Source of the DNA: an uncultured Actinomycetes bacterium
GTDB lineage: Bacteria; Actinomycetota; UBA4738; HRBIN12
Assembly (NCBI GenBank): GCA_963771385.1
Contig: CAVYTE010000016.1
Span: 23,664 to 87,663, forward strand
DNA: 64,000 bases
Direction: 5' to 3'
Shown here one piece after another: positions 40,132-48,980 of the stretch. The notes beneath the pieces are model-generated. The model saw only the letters and a program-made list of their open reading frames with translations, did not search any database and was not told the origin of the DNA. Each line of letters opens with the position of its first letter. The first letter of the stretch is position 1. Made by a program: the position numbers and the translations under genes.

Positions 40132-41309
40132 GTGGTCACAGAGCAGCAGGTCCGCGAGGCGCTCCGATCGGTCCTCGACCCCGAGATCGGCCGTCCCATC
40201 GAGGACCTCGGCATGCTCCGGGGGATCCAGATCGAGCCCGACGGCCTGGTCCGCGTGTACGTGCTCCTCACGATCGAGGGCTGTCCGCTGAAGGATCGGA
40301 TCAACAACGACGTCACCGCCGCCCTCTCGCCGCTCGAAGGGGTCGAGCGGGTCGAGGTCTCGCTCGCCCCGATGAGCGAGGAGCAGCGCGCGTCGCTCGT
40401 CGCGACGCTCGCGGCGGCAACGGCGGAACGGCGGCCACGGCGGTGCGGCGCCGCAACCGCAGAAGACGTTCTTCACGAACGACGACACGACGGTGATCGC
40501 GGTCGCATCGGGCAAGGGCGGCGTCGGCAAGTCGAGCGTCACGGTCAACCTCGCGTGCGCCCTCGCGGCCGAGGGGCACCGCGTGGGCATCCTCGACGCG
40601 GACGTGTGGGGGTTCAGCGTCCCGAGGATGCTCGGGGTGAGCGGCAAGCCCGTCGGGTTCAACGACATGATCCTGCCGCTCGAGTCCCACGGGGTGAAGG
40701 TCATCTCGATGGGGTTCTTCGTCCCGGAGGAGACCCCGGTGATCTGGCGCGGCCCGATGCTCCACAAGGCGATCGAGCAGTTCCTGGGCGACGTGTACTG
40801 GGGCGAGATCGACTTCCTGCTGTGCGACCTGCCGCCGGGAACCGGCGACGTCTCGATCAGCCTCGCGTCGTTCCTTCCGGGCGCGTCGATGCTCGTCGTG
40901 ACCACGCCGCAGGAGGCGGCTCGCAAGGTCGCCGAGCGCGCCGGCAAGATGGCGGAGCGGACGAACCTTCGACCGGTCGGCGTCATCGAGAACATGTCGT
41001 GGTTCGCGTGCCCGCACTGCGACGAGCGCGACGCTGATCTTCGGCGAGGGCGGCGGCAGCGAGGCCGCCGAGACGCTCGGGGTCCCGTTGCTCGCGCAGG
41101 TGCCGCTGATGCCGACGCTCCGCCAGGGCGGCGACGCGGGGACGCCGATCGTCGTCTACGACCCGGATGCCGCCGCGAGCGAGGCGCTGCGCGGCGCCGC
41201 GCGGGAGCTCGCCCGGCTCACACGCTCGAAGGTCGGCAGGCCGCTGCCGCTGATGGCCACACCCGGCGCCGCCGCGGCGGCCGGCGGCCACCACGGCCAC
41301 GCGCACTAG
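40132..41309 (+). pseudogene. Mrp/ApbC-family Fe-S cluster carrier ATPase (N-terminal DUF59 domain), two frameshifts
   Basis: The GTG at 40132 follows an AGGAGG. The DUF59-like part reads VREALRSVLDPEIGRPIEDLGML...TIEGCPLKD. A shift at about 40400-40465 leads to IAVASGKGGVGKSS...FACPHCDER. A shift at about 41028 leads to TLIFGEGGG...LAQVPLMP. It ends with a His-rich tail. Confidence 0.8.
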
Positions 41310-42260
41310 CACTGGGCAGGCTGCGAGCGCGCCTTCCGCCCGCCTCGCGATCGTCGGGCGGCCGCGCCGGATCGCGCGTGAGCGGATCGCCCACACGATC
41401 AGCGTGACGGTCGCAGATCACGGACACCGTGAGGCCGGTCCACTGTGATCCGGTCATCCCGAAGATCCGCTTGTCGACTCGCAGGAAGTCCTCGATCACG
41501 CGCGCCGCGCCGTACGCGGCCCCGAACGTCAGCGTGAGGATCCCCAGGCGCCGGGGCGGACCGCGAGAGCACGTACAGCGCGAGGAAGATGCACGTGGCG
41601 AAGAACATGTCGTACAGCGCCGTCTGGTGGACGCCGAGGCCGCTCCCGAGGAGCTCGCCGGTCGCCGAGGTGAGCGTCGCGCTGCCGCGCTCGATCGTGA
41701 GGACCTGGCCGCCCTCGAGCGTGCGTGCGGCAGACCTCGGCGACGCAGGAGAACCCGGCCGGCTGACCGCCCTCGTACCCGAACGCGAGAGCCCAGCTCG
41801 TCGGCTTGCCGAGGTGGTCGCCGATGATGAGGTCGCCGATCCGGCCGAACGCGATCCCGAACGCGATGCCGATGACCGCGCCGTCCATCACCTGGAAGAA
41901 CGAGTAGCCGTACCTGCGCATGAGCGGGACGTTGATGAGGACGGCGCCGGCGATCCCGCCGAGCAGCGTCAGCCCCCCGTTCCACAGGGCGAGCATCTCG
42001 CCGACGCCGTCGAACTCGGAGAAGTGGCCGATCACGTAGAACAGGCGCGCGCCGATGATCGTCCCGATCAGCGCCCAGAACACCATCGTGTTGATGTGCT
42101 CGACGGTCAGGCCGCGCTTGGGTCCCTCGTGCTGCAGGATCCAGGTGCCGAACAGGAAGCCGATCGCGATCCCGATGCCGTGCGGGCTGATCGCGAGATC
42201 GCCGAACAGCTGGATCCGGTCGAGGACGGGCCAGCCGATCTCCGCGAGGACGCCGGGCAC
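41306..42260 (-). pseudogene. lgt: Prolipoprotein diacylglyceryl transferase, at least 3 frameshifts
   Basis: ISPHGIGIAIGFLFG...LALWNGGLTLLGGIAGAV...FGRIGDLIIGDHLGKPT lies in ORF 41529..42260. Further pieces (VHQTALYDMFFATCIFLALYVL; LTFGAAYGAARVIEDFLRVD) lie in other frames. The 3' end is inferred. Confidence 0.7.
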
Positions 42261-42296
42261 GGGCCGAGTCTAGCCGCGGTCGGACGAACCGGTCGG

Positions 42297-42894
42297 TTAC
42301 CGACGGTGTCCCGCGCCGTCGAACGCCGCCGCGACGCCCCTGCCGACGAGGACGCCGCCGATGACGTCCGCCGGGTAGTGCACGCCCACGTAGACGCGCG
42401 ACGCGCCGACCGCGCCGGCGAGCGCGTCGAGCGCGAGCCGCGCGGACCGGCCCGCCCCCAGGTCGCTCGCCGCCGACGGTGAGGAACGTGAGCAGGACCG
42501 CGGGGTGGCTGCTCGGCCACGAGGTCCCGTTCGGCTTGCCGATCCGCAGGTGCGCATCGCCCGGCGTCGGCGTCGTACGGCCGCGGGCGGCCGAACGCTT
42601 TCTTCAGGCCCTGTCCCGCGAGCCACGCGAGCGACGCCGCGAACAGGCCGCGGGCGGCGGCCCGGCGCCGGCCCGCGGCCGCGAGGACCGCGCGCCGCCC
42701 CGACCGACGCCCAGATCGAGCCGAGCTCGGTGACGCCTCGATGGAACCCGTCCGCGGCGGGACCGCGGTCGCGGTTCGCCGCACGGAACAGCCTCGGCGT
42801 CGAGCTCCCGCCCGCGTCCCGCCGAGCTCCACGCCCCGACGGCGAGCGCCGCTCCCGCGAGCGCTACCCCACGAACGACCGACCGCGCGTGCAC
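42297..42894 (-). pseudogene. PAP2-family phosphatase, several frameshifts
   Basis: The three PAP2 motifs, KKAFGRPRP, PSSHPA and SRVYVGVHYPADV, are recoverable only across different frames. Confidence 0.65.
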
Positions 42895-42944
42895 CGCCGA
42901 TGATGATGCGAGGATACGGACGATCCGCGGTACGGGGGGAAGCC

Positions 42945-43267
42945 ATGCGCAAGGAGGGCGACGACTTCGAGCAGCGGGCGCGACCCGGGCGGAGGCCGAA
43001 GCGAACCCCTCGAGCCGGCCCGGTCGGGCGTCACGCCGCGGCAGGTCGTCATCGGCATCGTCGCGATCGTCCTCATCGCCTTCGCGATCGCGAACTTCGA
43101 CCCCGTGAACGTCAGCTTCCTGCTCTTCGACTCCGAAGCGCGACTCGTGACCGTGATCGCGATCTCGGCCGGGCTCGGGTTCGTGCTCGGGTACTTCGTC
43201 GGTCGGCCCTCGAAGCGAGCAGCGTCGGGTCCTTCGTCGGCACGAGCGACGCGCGGACGACGACTAG
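42945..43267 (+). pseudogene. Small LapA/DUF1049-like membrane protein, frameshifted
   Basis: MRKEGDDFEQRAR... is followed, after a shift, by TPRQVVIGIVAIVLIAFAIANFDPVNVSFLLFDSEARLVTVIAISAGLGFVLGYFVGRP. The end is inferred at TAG 43265-43267. Confidence 0.5.
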
Positions 43268-43748
43268 ATCCGAACGGTCAGCCGCCCGATCCTGCGCAGG
43301 TACCGGTCCTCGATCTCGCGCTTCTGCGCGAGGGTGCCCCGGCGAAGCGCCAGGTGGGCGCCCCCGACCCGCGCGAGGCTCCGCGCGGCCAGCGTCGCCG
43401 AACGGTCCGCCTCGGAAGCGGTAGTCGACGATGTGCTCGAGGAGGCTCCGTCCCGCGCTGAGCGGCTCGATCGTCGAGGTCACCGTCGCGTCGAGGAGGC
43501 CCGATGAGGCGGATCGTCGAACCCCGTGGCGGATCCCACTCCACCACCTCGCCGTCGACCCTCGTACGGAACGCGAAGAACCGCATCTCGGTCGTGTAGC
43601 GCATCCCCTCTCGCAACCCGTCGGGCGGGACGCCGTCCACGTGCACGATGTGCTTGTCCCAGTGGGGCAGGTTCCGCGGGTCCGAGATCACCTCCCACAC
43701 CGACTCGGGCGGGGCCTCGATCACCACGTCGAACTCCGCCCGCGTCAT
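43264..43748 (-). pseudogene. SRPBCC (START/polyketide-cyclase-like) protein, at least 2 frameshifts
   Basis: MTRAEFDVVIEAPPESVWEVISDPRNLPHWDKHI... continues as LLDATVTSTIEPLSAGRSLLEHIVDYRF in other frames. The ATG at 43748 forms an ATGA overlap with the upstream gene stop. Confidence 0.6.
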
Positions 43749-44702
43749 GCGGCCACCGTGCCGGACGTCCATCCCCGCCACCAGACGAGGCTGCTCGGAC
43801 GCACGCGCACCACCGCCCCGTCGGACGGCTCGACGCCGGCCGATCGTGCGATCCGTTCGAACGACCCGGCGCCGGACGACAGCTGCGCGCCCACCGCGAT
43901 CTCGCCTCGCCCGCGGATCATCGCACCCGCCATCGCCCGCGCCCTCCACGAGGTCGGGTCGGTCGACGCCGAGCGCCGTCGGAGTCTCCGCTCCGACCCC
44001 GGCGAGCGCGAGCGCCTCCGCGCGGGTCGCCGCGTAGATCGCGGCGCCGTCGACGGTCCAGGCGCACGGGAGCACGACGAGACCCTCGTCGCCCTCGAGC
44101 GGCGAGCGCCCCCTGCCCCCCGTCGCCGAGATCGCGGCGGACCTCGTCCGGCAGCCGCTCGAGCGGGCCGACGCCTGCCCGCACAGCCCGGAACCGATCG
44201 GCGCCTCGGGCCCGGTCGCTCCACGTTCCCCACGTACCGGAGAGCCGGCCGTCCTCGACGCACGACCGCGCGTTCGAGCCGGAGCTCGGCGAACACGCCG
44301 ACCGGGCGGCGTCCAGGCGAGCGGCACGCGATGCGCGTCGACCGCGTACCCCGCGAAGAACTTGGCGTTCTTGCGCGTGAACCGCAGCGCGGCGAGCGCG
44401 AGCGCGGGGCTCTCGGCGATCGAGCGACCCCACGTCTCCCGGTCGAGCAGGTCGTACGTCCGCACCGACCCCGTGAACGCCACCGACCCGGCGCTCGATC
44501 GGACGAGCCCGGCGACCCATGGATCGCGCCTCCACGCCCGGGCCTTCACCGATCCTCGCGACGTCGTGACCCACACACGGCCGCCCGCCTCGGCGAACAC
44601 CATCGGCGTGACGTGCGGGCCCTGTGGTGTCGAGCTGGCGACGTGGCAGAAGGGACCACGCCGCAGCACGTCCAAGACCTGCGGTGCCGGCCCGTCGCTC
44701 AT
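43745..44702 (-). pseudogene. Pyridoxamine 5'-phosphate oxidase-family (PPOX/F420-type) protein, several frameshifts
   Basis: MSDGPAPQVLDVLRRGPFCHVASSTPQGPHVTPMVFAEAGGRVWVTTSRGSVKARAWRRDP... is PNPOx-like. The later parts are scattered over three frames. The span is 958 nt (3n+1). Confidence 0.6.
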
Positions 44703-45329
44703 CGAACGCTCGGCCGGCGCGAGGCGGACGACCGGGAGGGCGATCATGAGCCCGGTCCACACGACGTGGCACGCGAGCGGCGCGAGCACGCCGCCCGTCC
44801 ACCACGCGAGCGCACCCCAGACCGCTCCCCCGACGACCGCTCCCGCCGCGATCGCGAGGTTGGCGCTCGGCAGGTTGGCCACCACGAACGCCACCCACGC
44901 CACGACGGCGGCGACCGCGATCTGCCCGTCGAGCGCCGATGCCAGTTCCTCCTGGACGAGCCCTCGCCAGAACAGCTCCTCGCCGGGCACCGACAGCGCC
45001 AGCGAAAGCGCGAGGGCGAGGCCGAGCGAGAGCCCGCCCTGACGTTCGTACATCTGGACCGAGTGACGCTCGAACAGCGACCAGCGGGTGAAGACGAGCA
45101 TCGCGACCCGCGTGGCGACGTACAGCGCGACGCCGAGCGCGAGTCCCACCGCGAGTGCCACGCCGCTCGAGACGTCCGGCGACCACTCGGGCGGCCCTGC
45201 CAGCAGCGCGGCAACGCCCATGATCGCGAGCGTCGGCGTCATGTGCGTCCAGACGTTCCCTCCTCGCGAGACCCGCCACCAGGCGATCATCTCCGCGACG
45301 AGCCCAGCGACGATCACGATGGCTTCCAT
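44699..45329 (-). pseudogene. CPBP-family intramembrane glutamic endopeptidase (CAAX protease-like)
   Basis: MEAIVIVAGLVAEM... carries the motif PGEELFWRGLVQ (EExxxR) and later His motifs. As sequenced it reads through into the PPOX gene. A 1-nt shift near the 3' end would restore a TGA at 44699-44701 in an ATGA overlap. Confidence 0.6.
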
Positions 45330-45333
45330 CGGG

Positions 45334-46110
45334 CTACGGCAGGAAGGTGACCTTGGCGGCGAACTCGGCCGTGAGCGCGGTGATCACGGCGAGGTAGAAG
45401 AACCCGGTCGCCGCCTGGACGGCCGAGGAGCGATCGGTCCGAAGCGTCAGCCGGATCATCACGGCGATGAGCGCGGTCGCTCCGACCATCCCGAGCGCGA
45501 TCCACGAGGCGAGACCGGCGGAGGTGAGCAGCGGGTTGAACTCCGACGAAGCGTCCGTCGGACCGAACCCCCCGATCAGCAACGCGGCGGCCTCGAGCAC
45601 GACGCCGGCGAACAGCAGGTTCGTCGTGCGGTTGATCGGCCGCCGCGTGAGGCCGCGGTCCGTGAGGTACCAGTGCCCGAGCAGCAGGCCGGAGATCACG
45701 GCGCCGAGGAACGCCGCGCCCCCCAGCAGCTGCAGGAACGCGACGATCCACGAGCCCTCCGCCGTCCCGGCCATCGCGGCGAGCACCGCGACGGCGACCG
45801 GCACCGATGCGACGCCGACCACCCGGGCCGCTGCGTGGCGTTTCGCGAACAGCAGCCCGACCCAGACCAGGTTCACGAGAGCGAGGGCCGCCGACGTCCG
45901 CACCGACCAGCGGCCGGCATCGCTGCCCGGGACGAGCGCCGCCGCCGCGGATCCCCATGCCGCCAGGGAGAGCGCGAACAGGATCGACCCGGTGAGCGTG
46001 AAGAACCCGCGCTTCACCTCGTCCCACAGCGGCGTCAGGAACAACAGCACGAGTCCTCCCGCAACCGTCTCGGCCAGGACGAGCGCCGTCACGCCGGCCG
46101 GGCCGCTCAC
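45334..46110 (-). CDS. Polytopic integral membrane protein, function unknown
   Basis: An intact 258-aa ORF with about 7-8 hydrophobic segments and no recognised motif. Confidence 0.6.
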   Translation of the reverse strand: MSGPAGVTALVLAETVAGGLVLLFLTPLWDEVKRGFFTLTGSILFALSLAAWGSAAAALVPGSDAGRWSVRTSAALALVNLVWVGLLFAKRHAAARVVGVASVPVAVAVLAAMAGTAEGSWIVAFLQLLGGAAFLGAVISGLLLGHWYLTDRGLTRRPINRTTNLLFAGVVLEAAALLIGGFGPTDASSEFNPLLTSAGLASWIALGMVGATALIAVMIRLTLRTDRSSAVQAATGFFYLAVITALTAEFAAKVTFLP

Positions 46111-46172
46111 GGGCTCACCACGCGCGCAAGCCTACCCGCGCCTTCCGCGCGGCCCGTGTCCTCCGGACGCAC

Positions 46173-46991
46173 GTGCTGCCGGTACCCTGGGGCCCGATGG
46201 ACTGGCGTTCCTACGACTCGGTCGCGCAGACCTACGCGAGGGTCCATGCGTCCAGACTGGCCGAACCCGCGCGCGACCTCGTCGCGCTCGCGGGCGTCCA
46301 GCCCGGTGCGAGGGTGCTCGACGTCGGGACCGGCACCGGTGTTGCCGCGGTCGAGGCGGAGGGCGCGGGCGCCGAGGTCGTCGGCGTCGACGAGGCCTAC
46401 GGGATGCTGCTCGCCGCTCGGGGCTCGAACCCGAACGGCGACCTGCGGCTCGCGGCGGCGCAGGCGATCGACCTGCCGTTCCGCGACGGCGCGTTCGACG
46501 CCGTGATCGCCAGCTTCGTCATCGCCCACTTCACGAAGTACACGACGGCGCTGCACGAGATGCTCCGGGTCCTGCGACCGGGCGGCCGGATGGCGCTGAC
46601 GGCGTGGGCCGACACGCCCGACGACCTCCAGCGGACCTGGACCGAGCTCGTCGAGTCCGTCATCCCGCGTGAGGTGCTGAACTCGGCCATGGACGAGCGT
46701 CTCCCGTGGCGCGAACGGTTCCGCCACCGGCAGCCGCTCGAGGAGGCGCTGCTCGAGGCGGGTCTCCGGCAGGTCCGCACCGAGGTCCGCCCCTACCGGT
46801 TCCGGTACAGCCTCGACGAGTACGTGGACGGCCTCGGGACATGGGCGACCGGGCGCCTCGTGCGTTCGATGCTCGGCGGACCCGGCTACGAGGCCTTCGA
46901 GCAGCGCGCCCGGTCGGTGTTCGCCGAGCGGTTCGCGGATCCCGTGAACGACTTCCGCGAGGTCATGTTCGCCACCGGGACGAAACCCTAG
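46173..46991 (+). CDS. Class I SAM-dependent methyltransferase
   Basis: Motif I reads VLDVGTGTGV; further motifs are FDAVIASFV and LRPGGRMAL. An alternative start is the ATG at 46197. Confidence 0.85.
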   Translation: MLPVPWGPMDWRSYDSVAQTYARVHASRLAEPARDLVALAGVQPGARVLDVGTGTGVAAVEAEGAGAEVVGVDEAYGMLLAARGSNPNGDLRLAAAQAIDLPFRDGAFDAVIASFVIAHFTKYTTALHEMLRVLRPGGRMALTAWADTPDDLQRTWTELVESVIPREVLNSAMDERLPWRERFRHRQPLEEALLEAGLRQVRTEVRPYRFRYSLDEYVDGLGTWATGRLVRSMLGGPGYEAFEQRARSVFAERFADPVNDFREVMFATGTKP

Positions 46992-48529
46992 GCGGGTCGA
47001 CGCCGGCGGCTCGAGCCGGCCGAGCTCACCGCTTTGCGCTTCGACGCCCCGTCCGCCTGACCCAGGACGTAGCCGACGAGCGCCCGGACCGGCGAGCCGG
47101 TCGCGCCCTTGGGCCAGTAGTCGCCGGCGCGTTCGGCGAACGCGGGACCGGCGATGTCCAGGTGCACCCACGGCGTGTCGCCGACGAACTCCCGAAGGAA
47201 CATCGCGGCGGTGATCGCGCCGCCGTATCGCTTCCCGATGTTCTTGATGTCGGCGACGTCCGAGTCGATCAGTCTGCGGTAGGGCTCATGCATCGGGAGC
47301 TCCCAGCCGGGTTCGCCCGCCGCCTCGCCCGCCTCGAGCACGTCCGAGATGAGCTGGCGGTCGTTGCCCATCGCGCCCCACAGATCCGTGCCGAGCGCGA
47401 CCATGCAGGCCCCGGTCAGCGTCGCGGTGTCGATGATCACGCGCGGCTTCTTCTCGACCAGGTAGGCGAGGGCGTCGGCGAGCACCAGACGTCCCTCCGC
47501 GTCGGTGTTCAACACCTCCGAGGTCGTGCCGCCTCGGTGATGCAGGACGTCGCCGGGACGGATCGCCGAGCCGCTCGGCATGTTCTCGGCGGTCGGGATC
47601 GCCGCGATGACGTTCACCTTCGGCTTGAGGAGCGCGACCGCGCGCATCGTCGCGAGGATCGAGGCGGCGCCGCCCATGTCGGACTTCATCCACTCCATCC
47701 CCTGGGCGTCCTTGATCGACAGGCCGCCCGAGTCGAACGCGATCCCTTTGCCCGTGAGTCCGATGGGCGGACCGGATCCGCCGCCCTCGTAGCGGAGCTC
47801 GATCATCCGCGGCGGGCGAACGCTCCCCTGTCCCACGCCGACGATGCCACCGAACCCGCCCTTCTTCAGCTCCGCGTCGGACCAGATCCGGGAGGTCAGC
47901 CCCACCTGCTTCGCCATCGCCTGCGCCTGCTTCGCGAGCTCGGCCGGCGGGAGATCCAGTGCGGGGGTGTTCACCAGGTCGCGGGCCCAGGCCTGCGACT
48001 CGGCGATGACCTGCCCCTGCTTCATGGCGTCCTTGAGGGCCTTCGCGTCGGGCTTGGCGCGGGCCAGGATCGTCACCTTCGCGAGCTTGCGTGCGGCGCC
48101 GTCGTCGTTCGACTTGTATCGCCCGAAGCGGTAGGAGCCGAGGAGCACCCCCTCGACCGTCGCCTGGGTCGCACGGACGACATCCTTCGCGACCTGCGGG
48201 AGCGTGGTCGCGACGCTCTTGCGCTTGGCGAGCTGACCGGCGACGCGTCCGATCGCGCGCCTGCAGGTGTCGGCGTCCGCCTCCGCACGCTTGCCGATCC
48301 CCACCAGCAGGACCGAGGTCGCCGCGAGGCCCTTCACGCCGGTGTTCGGAACCAGGAGGAGCTCGCCCGCCTTGCCGCTGGCACCCGAGGCTCCGTACAA
48401 CGCCATCAGGTCGAGCCCCTTGACGTCGCTCACGCCGGGGCCGGGCTCCGGGCCCTCGAAGACGGGGAGGACGAGCACGTCGACGGCCACGTCCGTCGGC
48501 CGTTCGGTCGAAGGTGCGAAGGTCGGCAC
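46988..48529 (-). CDS. pepA: Leucyl aminopeptidase (M17)
   Basis: 513 aa with the signature NTDAEGRLVLADAL and the metal ligands of M17. The GTG at 48529 is preceded by AGGAG. Confidence 0.9.
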   Translation of the reverse strand: MPTFAPSTERPTDVAVDVLVLPVFEGPEPGPGVSDVKGLDLMALYGASGASGKAGELLLVPNTGVKGLAATSVLLVGIGKRAEADADTCRRAIGRVAGQLAKRKSVATTLPQVAKDVVRATQATVEGVLLGSYRFGRYKSNDDGAARKLAKVTILARAKPDAKALKDAMKQGQVIAESQAWARDLVNTPALDLPPAELAKQAQAMAKQVGLTSRIWSDAELKKGGFGGIVGVGQGSVRPPRMIELRYEGGGSGPPIGLTGKGIAFDSGGLSIKDAQGMEWMKSDMGGAASILATMRAVALLKPKVNVIAAIPTAENMPSGSAIRPGDVLHHRGGTTSEVLNTDAEGRLVLADALAYLVEKKPRVIIDTATLTGACMVALGTDLWGAMGNDRQLISDVLEAGEAAGEPGWELPMHEPYRRLIDSDVADIKNIGKRYGGAITAAMFLREFVGDTPWVHLDIAGPAFAERAGDYWPKGATGSPVRALVGYVLGQADGASKRKAVSSAGSSRRRRPA

Positions 48530-48543
48530 GGTCGGCTCCTTGT

Positions 48544-48556
48544 ATCTCCGGGAGAT
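48544..48556. promoter_or_regulatory. Palindrome ATCTCC-G-GGAGAT just upstream of the pepA RBS
   Basis: A perfect 6-1-6 inverted repeat 15 nt upstream of the pepA GTG, in the pepA/cupin divergent region. Confidence 0.3.
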
Positions 48557-48641
48557 CGCAGTCTACCGGCGGCGGATCGCCCGGTTCCGCCGGACGATCG
48601 CCGGCCGGTCGCGGTTCCGTTCGCGGGTAGGCTGGCGAGCC

Positions 48642-48980
48642 ATGCACGCGAGGGACCTGCGCGACCTCGTCCGGTTCGACGAAGAGGCGCCGCGCCACGA
48701 GACGCTGTTCGAGTCGGCGCACCTGTGGTCCGAGGTGGTGTGCCTGGATCGCAACCAGATCGTCGGCCCGATCTCGGACCCGGACTCGGACGCGCTCGTG
48801 CTCATCGTGACCGGGAGGGTCGTCGTGCAGGTGGACCGCGGCCGCAAGCGGCTCGAGCAGTGGGAGACCTCCGTCGTGCCGGCCGGGTCCGAGCTCACGG
48901 TGACGAACGCGACGGGAGACCCGGCCGTGGTGCTCGTGGTCGCCGCGCCGCCGCCGGTCCGGCGCGCGATCACCGAGTAG
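48642..48980 (+). CDS. Small cupin-domain protein
   Basis: The ATG at 48642 gives 112 aa with a beta-barrel-like sequence (ALVLIVTGRVVVQVD...VVPAGSELTVTN). It has been carved out of a longer ORF-track frame. Confidence 0.55.
   Translation: MHARDLRDLVRFDEEAPRHETLFESAHLWSEVVCLDRNQIVGPISDPDSDALVLIVTGRVVVQVDRGRKRLEQWETSVVPAGSELTVTNATGDPAVVLVVAAPPPVRRAITE

Noticed and set aside
38455-40995. An 846-aa ORF that appears to fuse ArsR-like, PilT-like and other segments.
   Set aside because: It is a chimera created by frameshifts and the absence of stops. The recognisable segments belong to separate genes, pilT and the ArsR regulator, each with its own start and RBS.
43278-45329. A 683-aa multi-domain CPBP-PPOX-SRPBCC protein, considered as a novel fusion.
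   Set aside because: ATGA stop/start junctions sit at 44699-44702 and 43745-43748, and the locus lies inside the indel-saturated zone. Three separate genes is the more parsimonious reading.
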